Shown here: positions 38,101-50,500 of the stretch, in pieces
How positions within the stretch are numbered: position 1 is the stretch's first letter
Layout of the letters: each line of letters begins with the position of its first letter
NCBI RefSeq assembly: GCF_036588685.1
Contig: NC_086375.1
Coordinates: 59,582,001 to 59,646,000, forward strand
DNA from: Mytilus trossulus
Taxonomy: Eukaryota
Direction of reading: 5' to 3'
Length of the DNA: 64,000 bases
Translations under genes and position numbers: made by a program
The notes under the pieces: generated by a model
What the model saw: only the letters and a program-made list of their open reading frames with translations
What the model was told of the DNA's origin: nothing
The model's database searches: none

Positions 38101-39119
38101 GATTCCACTATGGTGCAACAAACGAAACTTTTAAGTAAGCTTTATACACCAGTGGAGTCTTTACTGGAATGTTAGTTAGTTAACTTCAATATGCATTTAT
38201 ACAAACACTGTATCTTAGTGATTTTTTCTTTGTCCAGTTTCCCACATTCCATCCATTTTCAGATAGTGGTCTTATAGATCTAGAAGAATTTCAAACATAC
38301 TATGTAAACACCATAGCGAATGTGGACGAAAAACAATCTCTTTTAGAAGCCTTCAAATGCTTTGATCAAAATAACGATGGTTTCATCGAACGGGACGAAT
38401 TAATGAAATTCATGGAGGACTTATCAGAGGAACAGGCACAAGGAATGATTGACATTGCCGACAAAAATGGCGACGGAAAAGTTAACATTGAAGGTACGAT
38501 ACCAATATATTTTTATAGAGTTATGTTAAATTCATTGTGAAAAACCAAAGAGGATTTGTAAAAACTAAATAACAAGATATAGTTTCAAATGGTACATGTT
38601 AAGAAAACCAAAATTAGCTGTCTTGAAAATATGTTAACTCGACGAAACAAGTCAGAATTGTTGGACCCATGTTATAACCTTCTGATTGTATTATCTTCCA
38701 TTCAAACAAGTGTATATAACAATCACTTGTTTCTATGGTAATATGAATGGTGATGATTTCCTCAGAGGCATATAATAGAAAATGTACATCTCATTAATAG
38801 GTACTTGAGCTGTTTGGACAATTTGGCATTATTACTACGTTCTTATTGACAAGCGTTTGTTTCTCTTAATGTTTCATTTATTTTTTCTTCTGAGACTAAA
38901 GTAAAAGTCCTTGTCAATTTGATCGTCCCTGTATACTGTATACTTAAATGTCGATTAATAAGTCAATTTGATCGTCCCTGCATACTGTATACTCAAATGT
39001 CGATTAATAAGGTTTCTTATTTGAATGCCTATGAATAAAATGTGCCATGATACAACATTTCAAATCTATTCATAAACTTATATTTTCCAGAGTTTGTTGA
39101 AATGATGATGGCGATATAG
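29180..39119 (+). CDS. Calmodulin-like protein D, 145 aa: join(29180..29182,30675..30705,37002..37145,38263..38493,39091..39119)
   Basis: Exons of 3/31/144/231/29 bp, GT-AG. Protein: MSGEISEEQKQDIKDWFDRFDTDKDGKLSKEEITQLLRVVGNNPTDDDITQIFKEVDLDDSGLIDLEEFQTYYVNTIANVDEKQSLLEAFKCFDQNNDGFIERDELMKFMEDLSEEQAQGMIDIADKNGDGKVNIEEFVEMMMAI*. AATAAA at 39289. Confidence 0.9.
30795..32509 (+). mobile_element. Penelope-like retroelement, 5'-truncated, RT pseudogene
   Basis: Motifs PADKAPNNIV, YWIPKLHK, TFDFSTLYTSIPH, QQTVGIQMG, RYIDDVLS, YDKRDDFSFPIVNF and KFYGRHH, broken by stops and frameshifts, followed by the 3' UTR. Confidence 0.85.
33744..33815 (-). tRNA. tRNA-like 72-nt cloverleaf (anticodon position TTG); probably a pseudogene or tRNA-derived element
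   Basis: ACCTTGG TG GTAT ATTGGTAA TTAC G CCTAT TTTTGTT ATAGG AGAA TGGGG TTCGATT CCCTG CTAGGGT C. All four stems pair and A/B boxes are present, but U37 and the anticodon loop are atypical. Confidence 0.5.
34543..34698. repeat. Near-perfect ~70-bp-arm hairpin (MITE-like)
   Basis: aataattgatgccagctatactttat...gttattttagcc pairs with ggcaaaaataatcacg...gtatagctggcatcaattatt. Confidence 0.8.
34750..36026 (-). mobile_element. Second Penelope-like RT copy, inverted relative to 30795-32509 and interrupted by a SINE-like insert at ~35266-35612
   Basis: The ORF at 34690..35115 nearly duplicates 31873..32124. Nucleotide similarity extends to GGVNQMWILK at ~36020. Confidence 0.85.
35270..35612 (+). 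repeat. High-copy SINE-like interspersed repeat (atgtggtatgattgccaatgagacaact...cccataccgcatagtcagctataaaaggccc...)
   Basis: Other copies at ~2990-3265(-), ~21530-21965(-), ~27155-27400(+), ~42320-42495(-), ~43975-44360(+), ~44363-44550(-), ~47305-47452(+), ~54310-54540(-) and ~60425-60720(+). Confidence 0.8.
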
Positions 39120-41505
39120 ATGACGTAAACCATTGAACAAATACAAATCAATAGCATCATTAGCCGGAGTCTTATATCAACAAAATTGAAAGAGTTTGTG
39201 AAGATTATTCCTAGTTACTGTCTGATTTTTTTTTTATTTTACATTTCTGTTTTGTATACATTCACGTCTATTGTTATTGCCTATGTGGAATAAACAAACA
39301 CGCAACAAACGTAGGATACAAAAATTCAGTTTAAAAGAAGTCCGATGATATAAATAGGTTACAGAAGAAACTTGGCAATATGACAATGGTCAAAATAGAT
39401 TAACAAAGGAGTATTTATTTAGTACTGTATTAACTGAAATGCCAAGCTAAAAATGTTTGTATCTTTGGGATTTTGTGAGTCTTTAAGTTGTATCATTGCT
39501 AGACATGCATACATACGAAATTTTTTTTTGATTTTTTTATTACCATTGAAGAATTATTAGAAGACATTTCTTGATTTACAAATCTTATATATGAGTACTT
39601 CAATAACTGACATATTTGCTGACTAGCTTGTCTGATGGTTCTGACAGTGTTCTAGTTTCTCGGGGCAGAAAGGTGCTTTTGAAAAAGGGAACTTCAGTGC
39701 GGCGCTGTATATTTTTAGGGCAAAATTGTAGTATATTGAGGGGTGGGTTTTTTTGCTTTTTTTTTGTATATGTTTGGTTCTTTTTGACAACTATTTTTAA
39801 TTTAGGATTTGGTTTTAAAAACCCGCCTAGACAAACCAACAGAATGTAGCTCTCTTTAATCAGAAATAATTATTTAGAATGTATACCTTTGTTATTATTT
39901 ATTTCATCCTCAATGAAGTTTAAACACATACAGTATTTTATTATCAAGAACACTAATGTTCTAGTGACAAAGCTTAACAATTTCCTTATTAAAACAGAAG
40001 ACCTTCATTTATGTCTAAAATGCACCACTGAGATGAGTAATATTACAAACAGTGGTAAAAAAATGCACTAAAAATCTAACAAGTAAAGTAGTACCATACA
40101 AAACTCTACAATCATACAAAAACACATAACATTAGATTAAACTGTCAACAAAATACTAAAGTTAACAATTTTCATACTAAAAAAATATTGCAAATCAATG
40201 GTTCATAAAAAAAAGTTATCGGACGACGTATAAAGTAAAGTCACAAAAATTTAATCGAAAAGTCCATAATCACATGGCGAGATCAAATGACAAAACATAT
40301 AAAAAAGAATGGACAAAAACTGTCACATTCCTGACTTGGTATAGGCATTTTCAAACGTAGAGCATGTTGGATTAAACCTGCTTTTATAGCGCTAAACCCC
40401 TCACTTTGATGACAGTTTCATTAAACTTCGTTATATTTAGAATGATGCGTGAACTAAACAGACATAATTTTTTAAGTACTCATATATAAGATTTGTAAAT
40501 CCAGAAATGTCTTCTAATAATTCTTCAATGATAATAAAAAAAATCCAAAAATAAATCATATGTATGCATGTCAAGCAATGATACAACTTATGACCATTGC
40601 ACAAGGTCATGTTTTTCTCTGGCTGTTTATGACGTCTTTACACTAAATCAATTGGATGTTGGATGTGTACGGATTGATAGTTTAGTCTTAGATGCATGAT
40701 TTTTTATTAGTTGTTAGTGGCTTGGAACTAGCTGTCTGATAACTGCAAGTCCTCTCAGATCTGTTCATTGTGTCTTTTTGTGTCGGGATGCATAAGTACC
40801 ATCAAACATATAACATAAGGCTAAACTTAAAAAAAAAATGATGTTATTGAATCACACACTTCTTCAATAAGTTTGCTGATTTATAGCTATAAAAAAAATG
40901 AATATACTACTCTCATTTCTGTACCTGTTCAAAGTCACTAATCTTTCTCTGTTGGGAATTGGTTGCTACAATAAACTTATTGATCTTTTCTGTTGACGGC
41001 ATTTACTATTAAGCCAGACTCGGTTAAATTTATAACATGTTTTCCTTGTTGTTGTTTTTTTATCATCAAATGCTACTTATTTTTTAGGGTTAAAACTCAC
41101 TCTATTTCATTTTATATTTAAGTTTGTAATCAAAATATCTAGTTGTTATATGTCTGATATGGAAACACTTTCACCCCACTAATACTCATTCGATAGACTA
41201 TATGTGGTATGTATCGATCAATTAACAGTCATCTAGTATCATACGTTAAACATCAAGAACAGACCCTACTTTTAATCAATCCGAAGTATAAATTCAATAA
41301 CCTTTATATTTATATTTACTATCAACTGCGACTATACAAAGAATCACTAAGGATTATTAAAGGTTTCATTGTCAGGTTAGGAACACGTCAGAAAATGTTT
41401 TTAAAATACCTCATTTAGTTATTAAAACGTAAATCAACTTATTGACTATTTTCTTAACCCATGAGTACACAAACTTTAATGGGGATTCTCTGAAGAAGAT
41501 CTGAT

Positions 41506-44500
41506 ATGGTAAGATAGTTCTTTCTTTTTCGTTAGTCCTTTTCAACGATATCGTCGTTTGTTAATATACATATACAAGTTATTAACCAAATTATAGTCTT
41601 AAACGGTTAGACTGTTAAACCTTTTATTTTAGTCATGCAGCGGAAGTAAAATCAAAACAAAATACATTAAGTAAACATGCGTATGTCTATAAATTAAATT
41701 TTTGCTATTCAATGTTAACAGGTTATGATCTAGTTTTGTATGATATTTTATTTGATGTAAGTAATGGATACATAACTTTATACGGTAAATACATGCGGAT
41801 TTAGAGTATTTTAAATACTCAAATCGTTGGGTTACTGTGCGTCTTTATTTTACCTAAATCTGTTTATATTTTTAGAGAGAGAAATCTGATAATCAGCCTT
41901 TCCTCACTGTAACGTGAATTAATTTATGTTCCTACTAAATAATATTCATGTAACTACAAGTATACAACTATTAGTAATAATAATACTTCAAAGGCAGTAC
42001 AAAATATACGATATATACGAAGTTTAACAAGTTAATTATACGTGAAATATATAACTTATACTAACATAATTATAATGAAGTTTAAAATGTATTTTTTTTT
42101 AAGATTTAATCAATTTTATACAAAGTACAACAACGGGTGTTGTTTCTGGGCGAGAACTTTTTAAATTTGACGTTTTGCGGTGTAAAATTCTTTTTTATTG
42201 TAAAACCAATGTATAATAATTAGAAAGAGAACCAGAGACATGCCCCTTAACAAACTTTGAACATCCATACTGTTTCAGATAACCGAACTTTATACTTTAT
42301 GATAAACTAAGGTAAACTAAGTTTTCTCGTTTGAATTTTCAAACAGTTGTCATTTCGGTGTCTTTTATAGCTGACTATGCGGTATGGTTCTTACTCATTG
42401 TCGAAGGCCGTATGTTGACTTATTGTTGTTTATTTCTGTGTCATTGGTCTATTGTGGAAAGTTGTCTCCTTGGCAATCATACTTCATCTTCCTAAATAAA
42501 CAGTTACAATCAACCTTTCAAGTCATTATTTTTTTTGTCGAACTCCACAAACTAATTTAAAGCACTTCAATATATTAGGATCAATAATAAATGATAAGAA
42601 ATCTCTATTCAGAAGGATCTAACTACTCTGTTTATAATTTAACTTTTGGTAAGGATTTTATATCAAAAAAAGAACGTGTTTAACATTCAATTTAATTTTA
42701 CCTTTAAAAGTGCAAAGAGAATAATAATTACATATCACCGAGTGAACTTTGCCTCTTATAGTCATGTTTAAGATTAGTATTCATTTGACATCAAATAAAG
42801 ATCTACCACAGACATTTACAAATATCTTTATTTCTGTTTATACACACAAAATAAATTGCTTTAATATGGAACGCCACGACTGCCTTATGTTAATAATCAG
42901 CATTATACGCAGTGTTCACAGCATTATATGAAGTGATCACAGCATTATATGTAGTGCTCACAACATTATATGAAGTGATCACAGCATTATATGCAGTGCT
43001 CACAGCATTATATGCAGTGTTCACAACATTATATGAAGTGCTCACAACATTATATTAAGTGCTCACAACATTATATTAAGTGCTCACAACATTATATTAA
43101 GTGTTCACAACATTATACGTTTTTTGTTGTATGATGAGATTGATGTATGATGAGATTTATGAATGATGAGATCATTCGGTAAACTTCGTTTTTTAGCGGA
43201 AATTACCGAATCCATATTTGGTAAATTACGGTAATGCCCAGCAAACAAATTTAAAAAGTTATTAAAATCATGTTATCATAAGGTAGCATACAATATTTAA
43301 AACTGATTGAAATAAGTAAGGAAAAGATGAAACTGAGAGGTGAATGATTGGAGTAGTTCTGTTCGTCGTAAGAAATACGAATGGCAAAATGTAAGTTAAA
43401 TAATAAAAAGTTTATTTAATGAAATATCGTAGGAAAATTTGTATGATATATTCTCGAGTTCATTTCCTACTGAAGAAATTTAGCAAGGTGCCACTTTATA
43501 GTCCGTACTCAGTTTTAAAAAGCTTAATTACCTTTTAAATAAAACAGTCAGATTTCTATAACACATAGGTGCCATATTACGCTAGCTGATATATGTCATG
43601 ATAGAGTCATTTTTGGCATCAATTTTCAGAATTTGGCATTTTTACATGAATAAGTATCTAACAGATATGGAAAATGCAGTTTAAAGCATTTCACTGTAGG
43701 TGTTAAACATAACTTTACATCAATTATTCCATTTTTTTACACGCTTTTTAGCACGGCAAGTACTAAGCAAGTACTAAGATTGTCTTCTAAATATGATCAG
43801 CAGTCTTATATAGAAATTTAAACTTTCATAGAAAAATTTACCCTTTCAAGACCCTGTTTAACATTTTCATTTAAAGTTATCATCTCTTATGAAAATTGAG
43901 TTTGTGGGGATGAATAAAACGTTTACTACGTTTGTTCGTCAGTTTGCACGGTACATACATGTATATATATAAAAGTGGTATGCTTGCCAATGAAACAACT
44001 TTCCACAAGAGACAAAATGACATCACAGAAATTTTAAACAGCTAAACGGCCACAGTACGACCTTCAACAATGAGGAAAGCCCATACCGGATAGTCAGCTA
44101 TAGAAGGCCCCGAAATGATAAACGAAAAATATTCCTAATTTATGTACAAACAAACGATCGAAAAACTAACATGTATATAACACATTAATTAACAAACGAC
44201 AACCACTGAAATAAAGGCTCCTCCTGACTTGGGACGGCCACATATATGCAAAATGTGGCGGGTTTTAACATGTTAGCGGGATGTTGGTATCCTCCCTCTA
44301 ACCTGGGACAGTGGCGTAACAGAACAACATAAGAACGAACTATGAAAATCAGTTGTAAAAGGCTTGTTAGTTTTCTCGTTTGAATTGTTTTACATGGTCG
44401 TATCGGGGCCTTTTATAGCTGACTATGCGGTATGGGCTTTGCTCATTGTTGAAGGCCGTACAGTGACCTATAGTTGTTAATGTTTGTGTCATTTTGGTAT

Positions 44501-47500
44501 TTTGTGGATAGTTGTCTCATTGGCAATTCTACCACATCTTCTTTTTTATATTAACTCATTAGATGGGTACAAATATAAACACATATGATCTAACAAGAAA
44601 ATAGAGTGAACGTGCATGTGGGCGGGTACTTGTATATCCCAACAATAAAAAGACACTATAAGTACTGATCTGAGAGTATATATAACTAATATAGTACTAT
44701 GCTGTTGATTAAAAATAACATCACTCCAGACCCTTTTGTTTTCCACATAATTAATATTGCCAATAATTAAGAAGTTCCGGGTCGAATCGATACCAATAAT
44801 ATACTCACCTGTTAACTATTACATTATCTGTACGTTCCGCATCTGACAGGATCTGAAATTCGGCAGTTTATTTATTTCAAAAAATATTCGTGTATTGAAA
44901 AAATTGTGTAAATTAATTAGAATTATCAATATAGAAGTTTGTTCTCCAGGTTGACCAACAATCTGTCATTCTTGTTGCTCGTTTTTGTGCAAACTTGTCA
45001 TGCGCAAAATCTGTATGTTATTGTATGTAAAATTATCTTTCTTTGTACCATTTACTTGGTTTTATAAAAAATAAAGAATCTTGAATCTTGACAGGAGTAC
45101 CACGAAACGCTGTATTTAAGATTTTGCTATATACACGGGTCGTAATCACAGGGTTGAAACTACTTAATTCAATCATTGTCACATTGTTCCCGATTGTAGT
45201 ACTTTAATCAGTACAAATGTATGACTTTCTAAGATGACAATACGAATAATAAAAATATGGACTTAAAATAAGGCGTATAGGTACAGCATGTACAGTTTTC
45301 AATTTGTTAGACGTAAAACAGCGAATCAAAGATTCAATTTTATTCATAACTCATAAAGGACAAAACTGTTGATTAAAAAATACTCCCAGTTTCCAGAGAC
45401 TTTTGTTTTCCAAACAAAATCAATAATACCAATATTAAATTGACAAGTTCCAGGTCGACGGGTTCAAACAGAAAGATGTTAAAAGCAGAGAAAACTTCAT
45501 CTTATAATCGGCATGACTTTATCAGATGACAATATCAATACTAAAATCAGGCTTACGCATAGTTATATTCTTTAATTCAGTCACAGACCCGCGATATCAT
45601 GGATGTGTTCTAGTAAATATATATACATATTAAGTTGTGAATATGGTGAAACTAATCCTCAAAATAAGTTTAAAATGCCCTGGTGTGGAATAAACTTGGG
45701 TTAAATTGATCATACTTCTTAATTTACTTATTTCAATCCGTTTTAAATATTGTATACTGCCTTAATGATCACATATATAATAATAACTGTTTAAATTTGT
45801 TTGCTGGGCATTAATTTACCGTAATTTACCAATTATGGATTCGGTAATTTCCGCTAAAAAACGAAGTTTACCGAATGATCTCATCATTCATAAATCTCAT
45901 CATACATCAATCTCATCATACAAAAAAAAAACGTATAATGTTGTGAACACTTAATATAATGTTGTGAGCACTTAATATAATGTTGTGAGCACTTAATATA
46001 ATGTTGTGAGCACTTAATATAATGTTGTGAGCACTTCATATAATGTTGTGAACACTGTATATAATGCTGTGAGCACTGCATATAATGCTGTGATCACTTC
46101 ATATAATGTTGTGAGCACTACATATAATGCTGTGATCACTTCATATAATGCTGTGAACACTGCGTATAATGCTGATTATTAACATAAGGCAGTCGTGGCG
46201 TTCCATACTTTAACGTTTATAGAGAATGGTGTTATAACATGGACAGATTTACGTCTTCGTTTTTTTAGATCACGTGCGACTTTTTTTATTCTTTTAAACC
46301 GATGTTTTTCATATGCCTATAATGAGCTGTATATATATCATATGTTTTTTTTTTATTTAAGGATTAACAATTAATTGGAAGTAAATTTCAGTAGTTTGCC
46401 ACAAAGAACTTTTTGGTTTAGTGTTCTGGATTGTTTTTTTTTTTATCTTGAATACTATTATAGATAGAGATAAACTTTCAGGAGCCGCTGGCCTTTGTTA
46501 GTCTTGTATTATTTTAATTTTTAGTTTCTTGTGTACAATTTGGAAATTAGTATGGCGTTCATTATCACTGAACTAGTATATATTTGTTTAGGGGCAAGCT
46601 GAAGGACGCCTCCGGGTGCAGGAATTTCTAGCTACATTGAAGACCTGTTGGTGACCTTCTGCTGTTGTTTTTTTTTTATTTGGTCGGGTTGTTGTCTCTT
46701 TGACACATTCCCCATTTCCATTCTCAATTTTATTTAAACAGCAATAATGTTCAGCAAAGTAAGATCTACAAATAAGTCAACATCCCCAAAATGGTCAGTA
46801 GACCCCTTCAGGAGTAATTACCCTTTATAGTCATTTTTTACCAATTTTTCATCAATTTTTGTAATCTTTTACAAAAATCTTCTCCTCTGAACCTACAGGG
46901 TCAAGTTTAACCACACTTGGCCACACTCATCATTGGGGTATCTAGTTTAAAAATGTGTGAGGTGACACAGCCAACTAAACAAGATGGCCGCCATGGCTAA
47001 ACATAGAACATATGGGTAAAATGTTGATTTTGGTTTACAACTCTGAAACCAAAGCATTAAGAGCAAATCTGACAAGGGGTTAAATTGTTTATCAAGTCAA
47101 TATCTATCTGCCCTCAAATTTTCAGATGAATTGACAACCGGTTGTTGGGTTGCTGCACCCAATTGCGTTTTTGGTTATTATCTTGAATACTATAATTATA
47201 GATCGAGATAAACTGTAAACAGCCAATCTAATTAAAATATTGATCTCTGATTACGTTAATCAGAGATCAATATTTTAATTAGATTGTAAACAGCAATAAT
47301 GTTCAACAAAGCCCATACCGCATAGTCAGCTATAAAAGGCCCCGATAAGACAATGTAAAACAATTCAAACGAGAAAACTAACGGCCTAATGTATATAAAA
47401 AAATGAATGAGAGACAAATATGTAACACATAAACAAACGACAACCACTGAATTAAAGTTCATTATAGATGGAGATAATTGTAAGTAGCAAGAACGTCCAG

Positions 47501-50500
47501 TAAAGTAAGAACTTCAAACACATCACCATCACAAAATCACAATTTTGTCATGAATCCATCTGTGTCCTTTGTTAAATATGCACATAGACCAAGGTGAGCG
47601 ACACAGGTTCTTTAGAGCCTCTAGTTGAAAGTTCGCTTACTATAAGAAGGGGGCGGTTTAGTTGAAGGCTACATCTAATCTATATGATGGATAAAAAACG
47701 ATTAATGTTAAAAAAATGTTATGTTTGACTTGTAAAAAAATCCTATTTTGAATTTTCAGGCTGCTCAGTTGACTGAAGAACAACAACAAGGTAAACTCGA
47801 CATCTTTTGTGGATAGTTGTCTCATTGGCAATCATGCCACATCTTCTTTTTTTTTTTTTTCATCGCATTTTTTTCATTTTTGTTATTATATATTTTGTTA
47901 TTAGATTTATGTAGTGGTTGGTTAAATATCAAATCTGCAAAAGACGATTGCTACAACAACTTAAGTAAATCGAATTGTACAAGTACATTTGTATCGCAGC
48001 TACGAATGAGTGTAATGTAACGTATAGGAACATTCGATTGGATTATAGATATTTAAAGCAAAATGAAAACTGCAAACTAAAAAAAGGCAGAAAAGAATGT
48101 ACCAACTGAGAAATTAAAAATCATTTTCTAAGGGTCTAAGGGATTTTCCAAACACCAGTACTTCTAGTGTGTATAGTTACTATTTATTAATTTTTGAAAC
48201 ATAAATTAGCTTGAACTAAGACAAATCCAACATCGTGATAAAAAAGAAGAAAAAAATTTACTCGGTAGTTTAAAAGTCAGACCTTTTTTTAAGCTACCAC
48301 ACACGGAGAGGGTTGTAATACTATGTTTGACTTCTTCAACATATTTCTTGAAGTATTTTTATTTTCAACTGATGTATCCTGAGTCTGTAGTATTTAGTTT
48401 CACAGTTACTCTGAGCCTCGATTTTATTTTCCTACAAAATAAAATTGAGAATGGATAGAGAGACTGTGTCAAAAGACAACAACCAGACTAAAGAGCAAGG
48501 CTCCAAGTTGGATCATTGGCAAGGAAACTTCGTCAGACTCGTCAGAAGGAAACAATTGACCAAAAGAACACCCTTTGGAAGAAGAGATATAGTTTGCATT
48601 TCTGATGCAAATAAAATCGTTTGTTTAAAGAAGTCCTTAAACGCGAAATTTAAAATAAACATGTGCAATTAGAAATAACACGATGTCTTCAACAGCCACA
48701 TGTAGCGCTAAAAATAACATTTGGTTTGAATGCAATTAACAAAAAACAAATTGACTAATGTGTAAATACAGTTTATATATTCTTCAATATTCAAATTCCA
48801 TTAAAATCAAATTTTGACCTTGACCCTGTTAGTGACACAAATATAAGAGAATTAGTTTCTTTATCTTTAATAAAGAAACACATTTCCATTCTCAATTTCA
48901 TTTGGTAAGATAATTCGAGCATTATGTGTGTACATTTATACATATAAACAATATGAACTGCATGTTATTGTTATGAAATATTGTAGAAATCAAAGAATAC
49001 TTTGATATTTTTGATGAAGACAAATCAGGGAAACTTTCAAGAGTTGAAGTATCTGGTGTTGTACGTGGATTAGGGCTGAACCCAACTAAAGATGAACTTG
49101 AAGAAATGTTTCAGGGAATAGACAAAGATGGTATGTTATCACGCGAGTGCTATTTTATAGACGGTCAGTTATATCTATAATACTAAAATTACGAAGTCCA
49201 ATTTTTCAGCCGTCATCGCGTAAAAACGACGAATCAAAGAATTCAACTTTATATATCACTAATATAGTACAAAGGTGTAGATTTAAAATTACACCACTCC
49301 AGGCCCTTTTGTTTTCCACGTAATTAATATTGCCAATAATTAAGAAGTTCCGGGTCGAGTCCGATACCGATACCAATAGTATATTCACCTGTTACCTATT
49401 ACCTCATCTGTATGTTCCGCATCTGACAGACGCACCACCAAACGGTGTATTCAGGGTTAATATGCTATATACACGGGTCATACGCACAGGGTTGGCACTA
49501 CTGAATTGTCAAATAGCTATTGTAGTATTTTAATCAGTAAGACTTTCTAAGATAACAAGACTAAAAATGAGGAACAGTTTTCAATTTGTTAGTGGGCATA
49601 CATGACGTAAAACAGCGAATCAAAGAATTCATCTTTATTTATAACTAATATAGGACAATGTTGTTGATTAAAAAATACTCCATTCGGAATTTCCAGGACC
49701 TTTTGTTTTCCAAATAATTAATATTACCAATAATTGATAAGTTCCAGTTCGACGGGTTCAAACAGAAAGATTTGAAAGCAGAGAAAAACTGTGTATCTTA
49801 TAATCGGCATGACTTTATCACATGACAATACTAATACTAAAATCAGGCTTGCACATAGTTATATACCTTAATTCAGTCACGGACCCGCGATATCACGGGT
49901 GTGTTCTAGTAGTATATTATAAACATCCTGTCAGAACATTTTAGACGATGCCGTGGTAGTAACCCTATTGATTGATTTCTGTAAGCCCGAGACACAAATT
50001 GTATACAGTGACTCGAATTCATTTTAATGTATCCTTAGTTGAAGGCAGACAAACCCAAAGAACTAGGCATCACTTTGGAGTTGCCTTAAGGATTATTTTG
50101 TTTTCGTTGAAAAACATTTCAGCTTGTATATATGTTATGAAGAATTACATGTTTACATATTAACTTGACGATATAAAATATTTATATTTAATTTGACAAT
50201 CTACATACAATGCCCTTTGGAATTCAAAACAATCAACACATACAAACCGTATCAAAATCTTCAGAAAATCTCTATCTAAAACATGATTTTCAAATGATAA
50301 CGGACTTTCCGATTAGATTTTCCTCTTAGTTCAGTATTTGTGTGATTTTACTTTTTGCGAATTAGAAGAAATATTTGAAGATTGCATTGGTCTATAAAAC
50401 TATCGACATTCTAGTTTAATCAGACGCCCCAAAGTTCGACACAAAATTAGACTTAAAACGGTTAAAACATGCCTTATTTTCACTTGTATAAGTAGCACTA

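Noticed and set aside
45884-46081. ORF with (KCSQHYI)n repeats as a metal-binding protein; the 21-bp arrays as CRISPR
   Set aside because: The ORF is a translation of a 21-bp minisatellite in a transposon TIR. There are no unique spacers or cas genes, and the context is eukaryotic.
48520-48550. CTGACGA-GTC-T-GAC-GAAG on the minus strand as a hammerhead
   Set aside because: Stem II would have a 1-nt loop, GAAA is absent and no stem I or III is evident.
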